64,000 nt of DNA from an uncultured Candidatus Saccharibacteria bacterium (GCA_964610125.1 CAZSUV010000002.1:46468-110467), one strand, 5' to 3'; numbered from the stretch's first letter, positions 28,462-38,805 are shown. Notes: generated by a model not told the origin, from the sequence alone. A program made the numbers and translations.

Positions 28462-29471
28462 TATTAAAACATAGGATGCTAGAAAAATATGATACATATA
28501 CATTCCGAATACCTGTAAACAGTAAAGACAAGGTTATGGTTAAGGCTGGAGACACTGTCAAAGAGGGAATGGATCTGTATCTGAGACGTGGTAACAATGC
28601 TCGCCATTCCTTCTACCTTCCGGATCAACTCCATTGTAGTTTAGAAACAGTAATGCAATATGTAACCTGTATAGATGGAGAATTTGTAAATGAGGGAGAT
28701 GTGCTTGCTGAGAAGATATCTGCAGGAGGATTAACTGTAAAACGACTAGTATCACCATCAAATGGAATTGTAGATCTCTCAAGAACAAAGTTGGGGTATA
28801 TTGATGTCTTAGGGGAAGAACATGAAGCCTTAATTAAAAGTACATTTCAAGCAGAAATATTGGATGTTAATCCATTGGAAGGAATTACATTAAAGACACC
28901 AGCATTAGCATTAGACCTGTTAAGTGTCTCCAGTGCTGAAAGAGTACTTTTAGCTGGGGAGTTTGTTACATTGAATATGGGGAAGGATATTAAATTGAAA
29001 GGAGATGATGCAAGCTACGAGGGGAAAATAGTATTTGTAGGCAAACATTTGCATACAAGTTTGCTCAGAGATCTTTTTGAAAAAGGAGCTAAGTTTGTGC
29101 TTACATACTCAATGGATTACCAAGATTTTAGAAATCAAGGATTACCAATAGGGCTGGTGGGAGGATTTGGGGAAATATATTCTGGTGGAGAATTTTTAGA
29201 GATGATAGCAAAATTAAACGGAAGCTATGCCGTAGTAGATTTCGATGAAAGTCAGATATTTTTCCTTAATGAAGAACATAAAACAAAGGAAAAAGATTCG
29301 GTGTTTGTAAAAAACTTGGTAGGGAGTAAAATAGTATCTCGTACACTTGGAAGTTATGGAATGACAGGAGAGATCCTAAGTACCGAAGGATCGTCATATG
29401 TAACAGTAGAGTGGGAACATGGTGGAAGAAGTGTAATCAATTTAGGAAGTTTAGAATTTGTATCATACTAG
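28449..29471 (+). CDS. hypothetical protein with barrel-sandwich-hybrid-like motifs
   Basis: VKAGDTVKEGMDLY and FVNEGDVLAEKI resemble biotinyl/lipoyl-type hybrid motifs. 13-nt overlap with the upstream gene. Confidence 0.3.
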   Translation: MVEMILKHRMLEKYDTYTFRIPVNSKDKVMVKAGDTVKEGMDLYLRRGNNARHSFYLPDQLHCSLETVMQYVTCIDGEFVNEGDVLAEKISAGGLTVKRLVSPSNGIVDLSRTKLGYIDVLGEEHEALIKSTFQAEILDVNPLEGITLKTPALALDLLSVSSAERVLLAGEFVTLNMGKDIKLKGDDASYEGKIVFVGKHLHTSLLRDLFEKGAKFVLTYSMDYQDFRNQGLPIGLVGGFGEIYSGGEFLEMIAKLNGSYAVVDFDESQIFFLNEEHKTKEKDSVFVKNLVGSKIVSRTLGSYGMTGEILSTEGSSYVTVEWEHGGRSVINLGSLEFVSY

Positions 29472-29492
29472 TATAATTTAAGAAAAGAAATC

Positions 29493-30710
29493 ATGGAGAA
29501 ACAAACTACAAAAAAGCTTGGAATAGTAATATTGATGGTGTGTTTGTTTGCTATTGGCTTTGTGTCAGGAAGACTATTCCAAACCAACAAAGCAACAATA
29601 TCCAATGCACTATCTGGTAAATCTGATGTGAATTTCCAATTGTATTGGAATGTATGGGATTTGATGCAGAGTAAGTATGTGGATTCTTCCAAAATCGATG
29701 AACAAGAAATGATATATGGCTCAATTAAGGGAATGGTTAATTCGTTTGATGATGCAGCAACGGTATTCTTAGACCCTGAAGAAACTAAAACATTTAACGA
29801 AGCTAGTGAGGGAAAACTTTTCCAAGGTATTGGTGCTGAATTAGGGTATGACAGTAACAAACAGATCATCGTTGTATCTCCATTGGAAGGTTCTCCAGCA
29901 AAGGCTGCAGGTATCAAAGCTGGCGACTATATTCTAACTATTGATGGTGTAGCTATTAAATCAACTGAAACGGTATATGATGTTGTTGCAAAGATTCGAG
30001 GAGAATCTGGAACAAAAGTAAAACTTGGGATATTGCATAAGGGAGAAACGAAATCAGTAGAAATAGAAATTACGAGGAGTGATATAACCGTTCCGAGTAT
30101 GTCATTGTCATATGTTGGAGACAAGAAAGATATTGCATTGTTTAAAGTAAATAGATTTACAGACTCTTCATATAGTGAATGGACAAAGAATTGGGATACC
30201 AATGTAAATAGCATTGTAAAGTCTGGTGTAAAGAAAGTAATACTAGATTTGAGAGGTAATCCAGGGGGATATTTTGATGCTGCAATATATGCGGCTGATG
30301 ATTTTGTTGATTCTGGGAAAGTATTAGCCCAAGAGCAGGATAGTGCTGGGAAGATAGAGAAGTTTAATTCGACTAAGGGTGGTAAGCTTGTAAATATGCA
30401 AGTTATAGTGCTTGTCGATGGAGGTAGTGCATCTGCCTCAGAAATTCTTTCAGGAGCTTTGCAACAATCAGGAAGAGCTACAATAGTTGGTGATAAAACC
30501 TACGGAAAAGGTACGGCCCAAAGTGTACTAGATCTGTCGGATGGTTCTACATTACATGTCACAATATTGAAATGGTTACTTCCAGATGGGGGGTGGTTAA
30601 ACAAAGACAACCCAATTACACCAAATATTGAAATTGCAAATTCACAAGAAGATTTCAACAAGGGTGTAGATACCCAATTAAATCAAGCTATATCTGTGAT
30701 TCAAAAATAA
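29493..30710 (+). CDS. ctpA: C-terminal processing peptidase (S41, CtpA-like) with PDZ domain
   Basis: N-terminal TM helix. PDZ (SPAKAAGIKAGDYILTIDG). S41 core VILDLRGNPGG... Confidence 0.8.
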   Translation: MEKQTTKKLGIVILMVCLFAIGFVSGRLFQTNKATISNALSGKSDVNFQLYWNVWDLMQSKYVDSSKIDEQEMIYGSIKGMVNSFDDAATVFLDPEETKTFNEASEGKLFQGIGAELGYDSNKQIIVVSPLEGSPAKAAGIKAGDYILTIDGVAIKSTETVYDVVAKIRGESGTKVKLGILHKGETKSVEIEITRSDITVPSMSLSYVGDKKDIALFKVNRFTDSSYSEWTKNWDTNVNSIVKSGVKKVILDLRGNPGGYFDAAIYAADDFVDSGKVLAQEQDSAGKIEKFNSTKGGKLVNMQVIVLVDGGSASASEILSGALQQSGRATIVGDKTYGKGTAQSVLDLSDGSTLHVTILKWLLPDGGWLNKDNPITPNIEIANSQEDFNKGVDTQLNQAISVIQK

Positions 30711-30730
30711 TTTTTAATATATATATATTT

Positions 30731-31879
30731 ATGGAAACAGAGAAGAGAACAATCACAAGTATTTTGAAAAGACATCCTCGAAGATATCTTTTCATATTTG
30801 GAACCATACTTGGAGTTATTTTAGTTTCAATTACTCTTACATCAATAGTAATTTTGAATATTGATAAGATTCAGAATTTTCTAGGCATTACTCAACAGAC
30901 AGCAAATAATGGGAATCCAATTGTAGTATCTCAAGAAGAAAGTAATACAATTAATATTGTAAAAAACGCTACTCCAGGAGTAGTAAGCATCGCTGTATCT
31001 CAAGTTTCTCTTTCACAGGACAAAGGAATCATAAACACAGATAGTAATATTGGGACTGGTTTTGTCGTTGATGCTAATGGATGGATAATAACTAACCAGC
31101 ATGTAGTTTCTAGTACAACTGCTGCATACAAGGTTGTTACAAGTGATGGGAAACAATATGACGTAACAGAGATTGCTAGAGATGATGCAAATGACATTGC
31201 AATATTAAGAATTGATGCCAAAGATTTGAAGGTACTTGAATTAGGTGATTCAGATAACTTAGTAGCAGGACAGGATGTAATCGCAATTGGGACTCCACTT
31301 GGTGAATATTCAGGTAGTGTAACCAAGGGGATAATTAGTGGATTAAATAGAACTGTTACTACTAGCGCAAGCTGGTTTGGTGCCACACAGAAAACATATG
31401 AAGGTGTACTACAAACTGATGCTGCAGTTAATCCTGGAAACTCTGGTGGCCCATTGTTAAATAGTGAGGGCAAAGTAATTGGAGTAAACTTTGCAACAAC
31501 TTCTGGAGCAGAGAACATCTCGTTTGCGTTACCAATCAACAAGGTTAAGGAAAGAATTGAAGAATATCGTACCTATGGTAAGTTCATAGAACCATATATG
31601 GGAGTTACATATCAAATGATTTCTGAATATCTTGCCTTGTACTACTCCAATACTAATGTAGTGCCAGGAGCTTTAATACAGAGCTTGGATGTAAATGGAC
31701 CTGCATACAAGGCTGGTATACAAAAAGGAGATATAGTTACAGAATTAGGGGGGGAGAAAGTAACATCTTCACTATCTGTATATATTCAGAAGCATAAAGT
31801 AGGGGATAAGGTCGAGGTTAAGGTAAATAGAGCAGGTTCAGAAAAAGTATTTGAAGTAACCTTAGCTGAAGCGGATTAG
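30731..31879 (+). CDS. htrA: HtrA/DegP-family serine protease with PDZ domain
   Basis: GTGFVVDANGWIITNQHVV (His), DIAIL (Asp), GNSGGPLLN (Ser). C-terminal PDZ. Confidence 0.85.
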   Translation: METEKRTITSILKRHPRRYLFIFGTILGVILVSITLTSIVILNIDKIQNFLGITQQTANNGNPIVVSQEESNTINIVKNATPGVVSIAVSQVSLSQDKGIINTDSNIGTGFVVDANGWIITNQHVVSSTTAAYKVVTSDGKQYDVTEIARDDANDIAILRIDAKDLKVLELGDSDNLVAGQDVIAIGTPLGEYSGSVTKGIISGLNRTVTTSASWFGATQKTYEGVLQTDAAVNPGNSGGPLLNSEGKVIGVNFATTSGAENISFALPINKVKERIEEYRTYGKFIEPYMGVTYQMISEYLALYYSNTNVVPGALIQSLDVNGPAYKAGIQKGDIVTELGGEKVTSSLSVYIQKHKVGDKVEVKVNRAGSEKVFEVTLAEAD

Positions 31880-32668
31880 TACAAATCTGTCTTTGCCATA
31901 TTGATCCTTGATGACCTTTGGGTAGAGGAGTTTGAATAACTCTAATGTAGATGGTTCTATCTCGAATATTGCACATCCTTTTAATTTCTTTGCCTCAATC
32001 TGAGCTAGTAGCTTTTCGTAATACTGAATTCCACTTTCTCCACCATCTAATGCAGTTCTAGGTTCAAAATCTTTAACGCTAGAATCTAATTCTAAATATT
32101 GTTGTGTTGGGATGTACGGAAGGTTGGCGAGTATCAAACAGAAACTATCTTTTGAGAATGAGATATCCTCAATCAAATCAGTCTTAGAGAATTTAATAAA
32201 TGATTTTTTCAAGATGTTCTTTTCATTTTCTTTTGCAATATTTAAAGCTTCATCAGAAATATCTGTTGCATAGTATTCATATGGTTTACTGTTCCATGAT
32301 TTTTCGAATAACTCTTTTACTAAGGATATAATGATGCATCCACTGCCTGTGCCAACATCTACGATATCTGTATATGGAGTGGGGGATTTGATTAACTCTT
32401 GCTTGGCAATATCAACCATTAACTCTGTTTCTATTCGAGGAATTAGTGTATGGGCATTTAATTTGAAATCAATATTTCTAAATTCTCCTTCACCTTTGAT
32501 ATATTCCCAAGGTTCATTGAGCTTTATCCTCTCCAATATCGGTTCTAATGGTAAATTATTTGCTTGGATATATTCTAAAATATCCTTTGCAACACGTGAG
32601 GTATCAAAATATCCAGAGGTCTTTAAAGCTTCTTGTATTTGAAAAAGAATTTTTAATTCGTTATTCAC
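31862..32668 (-). CDS. prmC: release-factor glutamine N5-methyltransferase PrmC/HemK
   Basis: VDVGTGSGCIIISL SAM motif. Catalytic motif reads NLPY instead of the canonical NPPY. Adjacent to prfA. Confidence 0.75.
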   Translation of the reverse strand: MNNELKILFQIQEALKTSGYFDTSRVAKDILEYIQANNLPLEPILERIKLNEPWEYIKGEGEFRNIDFKLNAHTLIPRIETELMVDIAKQELIKSPTPYTDIVDVGTGSGCIIISLVKELFEKSWNSKPYEYYATDISDEALNIAKENEKNILKKSFIKFSKTDLIEDISFSKDSFCLILANLPYIPTQQYLELDSSVKDFEPRTALDGGESGIQYYEKLLAQIEAKKLKGCAIFEIEPSTLELFKLLYPKVIKDQYGKDRFVLIRFS

Positions 32669-33764
32669 CTTTTTCTTGCTGAGCTAATATCTCTTCTTGA
32701 ATACCTTTTCTTACATCATCAATTATTTCTTGGATATTACCCGTGAGGATACTCTCCATTCCAAACCATGAGAGCTTAACTCTGTGATCTGTAACTCGAT
32801 TTTGTGGGAAGTTGTATGTTCTGATTTTTTCTGCCCTAGAGTTAGAACCAATTTGAGATGATCGCATATCTTTTCGTTTTGCCATCTCTTCTTGTTTCTT
32901 CATATCGTACAATCTAGATCTGAGTAGAGCCATAGCCTTTTCTCTGTTTTGAGCTTGATGCTTAGTTTCTTGGCAACTTACGACAATTCCAGTTGCTATA
33001 TGTGTGATTCTTACCGCTGAGTCAGTTCTGTTTACACACTGTCCACCAGCGCCAGAAGCACGCATTACTTCAACTCTAATCTCACTTGGGTCTATTTGTA
33101 TATCTATCTCTTTTGCTTCAGGTAGGATGGCTACAGAAGCGGTAGAGGTATGTATTCTTCCTGCTGATTCAGTTGAAGGTATTCTTTGTACTCTGTGAAC
33201 ACCACTTTCATATTTAAGGTTTTTAAACACATTTTTTCCAGCTAAATGGGCAATGACTTCTTTGTATCCACCATCTTGGGTTACATTGCTATCTACTATC
33301 TGTACTTCCCAACCCTTGTTAGTTGCATATATGGAATACATCTTGAAAAGGTCTGCAGCAAATAGAGCTGCTTCATCACCACCTGCACCAGCACGGATTT
33401 CAAGTATGGCTGATCTGTCATCGTCTTCATCTTCAAATTGTCTTTCGACCTTGATTTGGAATATTTCTTTTTCTAAATTGGTTATGAGTTCTTCCTTTTG
33501 TGTGATTTCCTCTTTTGCCATTTCCACTATATCTGTATCTGCTTCATTTGAGAGTAGGTATTGTGCATCCTCTATATCCTTAATTGCTTTTTGTATGGCT
33601 GATGTATGGCTTGCAAGTTGTGCGTAGTAGCTTAAATCCCCACTTAATTTAGAGAGATTTGCTCCTCCAGTTGTATGGGCTAGGGTAATCTGTTGTTCTA
33701 AATCAGTAACATGGGTTTGTGCATCATTTCCGCTGTATTTTTTCTTTAACAAAGCTATATCCAT
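32661..33764 (-). CDS. prfA: peptide chain release factor 1
   Basis: GGQ motif (SGAGGQCVNRTDSAVRITH). PST tripeptide of RF1 type. Confidence 0.85.
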   Translation of the reverse strand: MDIALLKKKYSGNDAQTHVTDLEQQITLAHTTGGANLSKLSGDLSYYAQLASHTSAIQKAIKDIEDAQYLLSNEADTDIVEMAKEEITQKEELITNLEKEIFQIKVERQFEDEDDDRSAILEIRAGAGGDEAALFAADLFKMYSIYATNKGWEVQIVDSNVTQDGGYKEVIAHLAGKNVFKNLKYESGVHRVQRIPSTESAGRIHTSTASVAILPEAKEIDIQIDPSEIRVEVMRASGAGGQCVNRTDSAVRITHIATGIVVSCQETKHQAQNREKAMALLRSRLYDMKKQEEMAKRKDMRSSQIGSNSRAEKIRTYNFPQNRVTDHRVKLSWFGMESILTGNIQEIIDDVRKGIQEEILAQQEKGE

Positions 33765-33803
33765 ATGGATAATATATCATTTTAAATTATTAATGGAAAT
33801 TTG

Positions 33804-34142
33804 TTACCTAGATACTCTTGCGTTTTCAAGAAGATCCTTTAGTGTAAGGGTATTGGTTGGTCTTGAGGATACTGCACCCATCTTTTCTTTTCTTGCGAGC
33901 ATTTTTTCTTTCTTACTTCTGTAAGACATGCCTTGTGCTTTTGCTACCTTATCTTCATACTTCTTAACGATGTTATCGGTATCTACGATCTTTTGTTCAC
34001 CAGTATAGAATGGATGACATTTGGAACAGATATCGACGTTATGTGTACCTTCAGAGAGGGTAGAACCTGTTACGAATTTATTACCGCATGAGCAGATAAT
34101 TTCTAAATTGTGATTATATTCTGGGTGTATGTTCTTTTTCAT
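33804..34142 (-). CDS. rpmE: 50S ribosomal protein L31 (with C-terminal extension)
   Basis: MKKNIHPEY...CSCGN...[10 protein letters not shown]. Confidence 0.8.
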   Translation of the reverse strand: MKKNIHPEYNHNLEIICSCGNKFVTGSTLSEGTHNVDICSKCHPFYTGEQKIVDTDNIVKKYEDKVAKAQGMSYRSKKEKMLARKEKMGAVSSRPTNTLTLKDLLENARVSR

Positions 34143-34178
34143 AGCGAGTAGGATTATATCAGATGATTTTGTTGTTGT

Positions 34179-34673
34179 CTAGAAATATTGAGGTTCTCTA
34201 TATGTTCTAGGGGAGTAATTCTTATATCCTCCATATCCCGGAATTATTGCTTCGGTTATTGTTGATAGGATGCAACCTCTTTCCTTATGAAATATTAAGG
34301 TTCTGTATATATCTATGTATTGTGTGAGTGGAATCTGGGTAAGGCCGGAGCGTTCAAGATATCCTTTAACAAAATCAGGCTCTAAATTAAATAGTTTTGG
34401 TAGATATTTCCCATTTAGCTGCCATTCTAATTTCTGGTATGGTGACTGTGTTTTATGGATATCAAACTCAAAATCAATTGGGTTGTAGATATAGCTTCCG
34501 TGTATATTCCCAAAGTTTTTGATTTCAAATTCACATTCTTCGTCAAAGATGAGTTGAGATGGAAAAATAGAGTCAGGAGTAAGGAGTTCTAAAACGTCAT
34601 GCTTTTCAAAGAACCGATATACTTCAATAGGCATTGTAGCTTCTTCAGGTGTATTTTCTTGTTCTGTATACAT
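34179..34673 (-). CDS. hypothetical protein
   Basis: 164 aa, no motif. Confidence 0.45.
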   Translation of the reverse strand: MYTEQENTPEEATMPIEVYRFFEKHDVLELLTPDSIFPSQLIFDEECEFEIKNFGNIHGSYIYNPIDFEFDIHKTQSPYQKLEWQLNGKYLPKLFNLEPDFVKGYLERSGLTQIPLTQYIDIYRTLIFHKERGCILSTITEAIIPGYGGYKNYSPRTYREPQYF

Positions 34674-34752
34674 ATGTAATTATACTATTAATATCCCATA
34701 ATAAATACAGAGATATATTGCACTAAACATATCTTTTGCATATACTTTTGTA

Positions 34753-34971
34753 ATGACATATTCCAAAGGAATACAAAACAGAATAAATAGAGTAGAAGGC
34801 CAGGTAAAAGGAGTAAAGAAAATGGTAATGGATGGAGAAACCAATATAAAGGTAATGACCCAATTACAAGCATGTATATCCTCATTAGAAAGTTTAAAAG
34901 TAGAAATGATAAAACAAGAGATGAAACAATCCCTTGTAGAAGATGTTAAAAAATCATTAGGTTTGACCTAA
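34753..34971 (+). CDS. CsoR/RcnR/FrmR-family (DUF156)-like small repressor
   Basis: RINRVEGQVKGVKKMV....MTQLQACISSLESL matches the LxRIEGQvrGi..Mv...Q..A...Al pattern. Short at 72 aa, with an atypical ligand set. Confidence 0.45.
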   Translation: MTYSKGIQNRINRVEGQVKGVKKMVMDGETNIKVMTQLQACISSLESLKVEMIKQEMKQSLVEDVKKSLGLT

Positions 34972-35041
34972 AAATTTCTTCTTCCGCCCCAGAAGAAATC
35001 TGATATACTATGGATAATAGCTAGTTGTTAAATTTATATAC

Positions 35042-35701
35042 TTGAACACTATGAAAATCAAGAAAGTTGGATGGACCAGTTTCCTAATCTCATCACCTAA
35101 TATCTCTGTTGTAACAGATCCATTAGCTGCAGTAGAAGCAGGTGCAAGTATATCTAAAACAGCTACAGACATTGCAATATTTACAAACTATGACAAAACA
35201 GTAAAAACAAGCATAATTAAAGATAACAACCTAGATACAAAAATAGTTCCTGACAAAAGAGAAAAGGTTATGGAGATATCAACACCGGGAGAATTTGAAG
35301 TAGGAGGAATCATGATTAGAAGAGATATCGACAAGGATTTTTACATTATTGATGAAAATACTCTTCGTGTAGTGTATTTAGGTGGTACTGGCAGTAGCTT
35401 TGATCCTGAAAGTGTAAAAAATGTTGGAGATGTAGATGTATTGATATTACCAGTAGGGGATGGAGTCAATTTCATGAGCTTTGATACAATGGAAAAGGTC
35501 ATATCTGAAATAGATCCTGCAGTATTACTTCCATGTGCTTTTTGTGAAGATGGTGCAAAAGGAAATACCTGCAAGAGTAAGGAAGAATTCATCAAACACT
35601 TTGGTTTTGCAAACGTACGAGAGGAAGCCACACTAAATGTTGTTAAGAAAAAAGTTGATGAAGAAAATCAACAAAGTGTAGAAGTAATATTTTTACAGTA
35701 A
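35042..35701 (+). CDS. MBL-fold/UPF0173-like metal-dependent hydrolase (tentative)
   Basis: KVGWTSFLI...VVTDP start and DVLILPVGDG resemble the UPF0173/MBL-fold family. No clear HxHxDH. Confidence 0.35.
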   Translation: MNTMKIKKVGWTSFLISSPNISVVTDPLAAVEAGASISKTATDIAIFTNYDKTVKTSIIKDNNLDTKIVPDKREKVMEISTPGEFEVGGIMIRRDIDKDFYIIDENTLRVVYLGGTGSSFDPESVKNVGDVDVLILPVGDGVNFMSFDTMEKVISEIDPAVLLPCAFCEDGAKGNTCKSKEEFIKHFGFANVREEATLNVVKKKVDEENQQSVEVIFLQ

Positions 35702-35705
35702 AAAA

Positions 35706-37025
35706 ATGACGGAGAAAGTCCCTCCACAAAATATAGAGGCTGAACAATCATTGATAGGGTCAATGCTAATTGACAAGGATGCGGTGATTGCAGTTTCTGG
35801 TTGGTTACTTCCAGAACATTTCTATGAAGAGCGTAATGGCATTATATATGCCAACATTTTAGAACTCTTTAATGAAGCGCTTCCTGTAGATTTAATTACC
35901 CTTTCCGATGTATTAAAGAAGAAAAAACAACTAACCAAGATAGGAGGAAGAACATATCTTGCTGATTTAGTAGCAATGGTTCCAACCTCTGCGCATGCCG
36001 AAGAGTATGGAGGTATTGTAAAAGAAAGTGCAACGCGAAGAGGTCTTATTGCTGCATCTAGAGATATTACCGAATTAGCGTTTAACGAAGGTATGAAAAT
36101 TGAAAATGTTATGGATCAATCTGAAAAGCGAATTTTTGACGTTGCACAATCAGGTACGAAAAGTAACTTTGTCCATGTTCGAGATTTACTTAAAGAAGCT
36201 TTCGAAAGAGCAGAGAGGGCAGACAATGATGAGGCATATCTTGGGATATCAACGGGATTTAAGGATTTAGATGACTTACTCGGAGGATTCCAGAAATCAG
36301 ACTTAATTATTCTTGCCGCAAGACCTTCCGTTGGTAAAACATCGTTAGCACTGGACATGATACGTCACGCAGCAATGACTGAAAAAAAGACTGTAGCATT
36401 CTTCTCTCTTGAAATGAGTCAAACACAAATTATGGATAGGCTTATCGGTATGCAATCAGGAATTCCTTTCTGGGAAATTAGAACAGGAAGACTTACAGAC
36501 AAAAAGTTGATGAAATTAGCAGATACCATGGGTGAATTTGGTGATACAAATATATATATTGACGATCAGGCCGGTCAGCATATTAATGCAATTAGAACCA
36601 AAGCACGAAGGCTATCACTGGAACATGGGTTAGATATGATATTTGTTGACTACCTTCAGCTAATGCATGGAAGTAGTACAGAAAGTCGAACGCTTGAAGT
36701 TACTGAGATATCACAAGGATTAAAAAATATCGCAAAGGAACTTAATATCCCAGTAGTAGCTCTGGCTCAGCTTAATCGTGCAGTTGAACAAAGACAGGGT
36801 AGGAGACCTCAGTTGTCCGACCTTAGAGAGTCAGGATCAATCGAACAGGATGCTGACGTTGTAATGTTTATCGATAGAGAAGAAATGTGGAATCCTGATA
36901 CGGAGAACAAGGGAATAGGGGAACTTACCATTGCAAAGCATAGGAATGGACCAACGGGAGTAGTTAAATTAGCATTTGTAAATGAAATCGCAAGTTTCAG
37001 AAACCTGTACAAAGGCGAGAAATAG
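35706..37025 (+). CDS. dnaB: replicative DNA helicase DnaB
   Basis: N-terminal NIEAEQSLIGSMLID. Walker A ARPSVGKTSLALD. C-terminal RecA-like motifs. Confidence 0.9.
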   Translation: MTEKVPPQNIEAEQSLIGSMLIDKDAVIAVSGWLLPEHFYEERNGIIYANILELFNEALPVDLITLSDVLKKKKQLTKIGGRTYLADLVAMVPTSAHAEEYGGIVKESATRRGLIAASRDITELAFNEGMKIENVMDQSEKRIFDVAQSGTKSNFVHVRDLLKEAFERAERADNDEAYLGISTGFKDLDDLLGGFQKSDLIILAARPSVGKTSLALDMIRHAAMTEKKTVAFFSLEMSQTQIMDRLIGMQSGIPFWEIRTGRLTDKKLMKLADTMGEFGDTNIYIDDQAGQHINAIRTKARRLSLEHGLDMIFVDYLQLMHGSSTESRTLEVTEISQGLKNIAKELNIPVVALAQLNRAVEQRQGRRPQLSDLRESGSIEQDADVVMFIDREEMWNPDTENKGIGELTIAKHRNGPTGVVKLAFVNEIASFRNLYKGEK

Positions 37026-37075
37026 CGCTAGGACCTTCTATATCTCTCATATTTCTAGTATAATACCTGCAACAA

Positions 37076-37159
37076 GGTCGAGTGGTGGAACTGGCAGACA
37101 CGCGGGACTCAAAATCCCGTGCTAGCAATAGCATAAGGGTTCAACTCCCTTCCCGACCA
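37076..37159 (+). tRNA. tRNA-Leu (anticodon CAA), type II
   Basis: Anticodon stem-loop CGGGA-CTCAAAA-TCCCG. Long variable arm. T-arm AGGGTTCAACTCCCT. Acceptor GGTCGAG/CCCGACC with one A-C mismatch. Confidence 0.75.
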
Positions 37160-37183
37160 TATTATATTTTGAGATAAAAAAGC

Positions 37184-37924
37184 ATGGAGACATTTTTACT
37201 CAATCTGCTCAGTGGTGTGGGGAAGGTAAATTTCCAAATAGTTTGGATTATCTTGGCTGTAGCATTTGTAATATTTTGGATAATTGTATTGGATTGGGTA
37301 TGGTTGGACGCTGGAGAGAGAACAAGTAACAAAACTGCAAGAATAATTTACTTGCTTCTTGTTGTATTTTTCAATATATTTGGATGGATTATGTATTTGA
37401 TTTTGAGACCATCTCAGACTATTGAGCAAATCTATTGGGCTGATCTTGAAAGAAGATATTTGAAATATGAAACTTCAGAATTGGGGGATTGTGCAAAGTG
37501 TGGTACTCAGTTATATCCTGGCTATACATATTGTCCCACCTGTGGATCAGAGATAAGAGTAAAATGTAAATCATGTGATGTATATATCGAGAAGAATAGC
37601 GAATACTGTCCATATTGTGGGGTTAAAGTTGAAAAAGATGTTGTAACTTTCGAAGAAGAAGCTCCAAGTAGGGAAGTAATGGAACAGCAGATTCAAGCAT
37701 CAAAGGACGAGGCTACGAAAGTTGTTGAGGCAGAGCAAACAAGATACAGCACGAAGAAGAGGAGTTTGACCGTAAAGGTAGGAAGCTCAATAATAGCGGG
37801 ATATCAAGCTCTTTTGAACAAAGCAAAAAATGTTGCAGAGCCATTAAAAAAGAAATCCGAAGAGGTTGCTGTAAAAACTACAGCAAAAAAGAGCAAGAAG
37901 AAAAAGAAAAATAAAAAACATTAA
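37184..37924 (+). CDS. membrane protein with double zinc-ribbon domain and Lys-rich tail
   Basis: 2 TM helices, then CAKCGTQ...YCPTCGS and CKSCDV...YCPYCGV. Confidence 0.55.
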   Translation: METFLLNLLSGVGKVNFQIVWIILAVAFVIFWIIVLDWVWLDAGERTSNKTARIIYLLLVVFFNIFGWIMYLILRPSQTIEQIYWADLERRYLKYETSELGDCAKCGTQLYPGYTYCPTCGSEIRVKCKSCDVYIEKNSEYCPYCGVKVEKDVVTFEEEAPSREVMEQQIQASKDEATKVVEAEQTRYSTKKRSLTVKVGSSIIAGYQALLNKAKNVAEPLKKKSEEVAVKTTAKKSKKKKKNKKH

Positions 37925-37969
37925 TACTGTGATATTATATATTCACGGATATTAATTTGTTAATAAACT

Positions 37970-38797
37970 TTGGTGCAAAACATTATAAACAGCATATTCG
38001 ATATTTTTTCTAAGTTTAGTCCGGCTATTCTATTCCTTTGTGTTGTTGCATTTGGGTTATATGTATTTTGGCGAGGATCTATGGAAACTAGGAAGGATAA
38101 ATCCTCAGTATTTGATCTTTTCATTGTATCCATATTCTTGGGACTCATAGGCGGAAGAATAGTATACATACTTTCAAACTGGTCAGAATTTTCTCAGCTT
38201 ACATGGTGGTGGCTTCCATACGAAAGATACGGCAATCTTGTATATTGGTTTAGACTTCTTCCATGGAAATTCTTTGATATATTTGATGGAGGTCTAAATA
38301 TTCTTATAATGTTTGTAGGCTTTCTATTTACCGCTAGCTTCTGGTCTACATTTGTAAAAAAATGGAGATGGAGTCATATGTTCCCAACAATATATTTCTC
38401 AGGCGAGGTAATGTTGAGCATGTCATTTCTTCTGATTGGTTTGAGTAGTAGTAATACAACTTGGGTATTTGAAGGACTAGCTCTTGCAGTATTCCCGTTC
38501 ATATCAGTATTGCTAATAGGGTATGTAAACAAAATACAAAAACCAAAGGCAGAAAGAAATATCTATGTTTTAGCAAATATTCTCTTGATTATTTGTTCTA
38601 GCTTAGTAATTGGGTATATATATACGACAGGGGAGATTAATCAGTTTGAAAAGATTACATTAATTGCACTTCTGCTTTGGACTCTCCTAGGATTGGTATT
38701 CTTCATTAAAGATACGAAACGAGCTAATGTAGTGATAGAGAGGGTATCTTCTGTGAGGGGAATTGATATTAATCAACCAATTAAAATACAAAGATAA
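37970..38797 (+). CDS. polytopic membrane protein, possibly prolipoprotein diacylglyceryl transferase-like
   Basis: FLGLIGGRIVYILSNW resembles the Lgt signature GxxGARxGNFINGEL, but its position in the protein is atypical. Confidence 0.3.
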   Translation: MVQNIINSIFDIFSKFSPAILFLCVVAFGLYVFWRGSMETRKDKSSVFDLFIVSIFLGLIGGRIVYILSNWSEFSQLTWWWLPYERYGNLVYWFRLLPWKFFDIFDGGLNILIMFVGFLFTASFWSTFVKKWRWSHMFPTIYFSGEVMLSMSFLLIGLSSSNTTWVFEGLALAVFPFISVLLIGYVNKIQKPKAERNIYVLANILLIICSSLVIGYIYTTGEINQFEKITLIALLLWTLLGLVFFIKDTKRANVVIERVSSVRGIDINQPIKIQR

Positions 38798-38805
38798 TTG
38801 TTACT

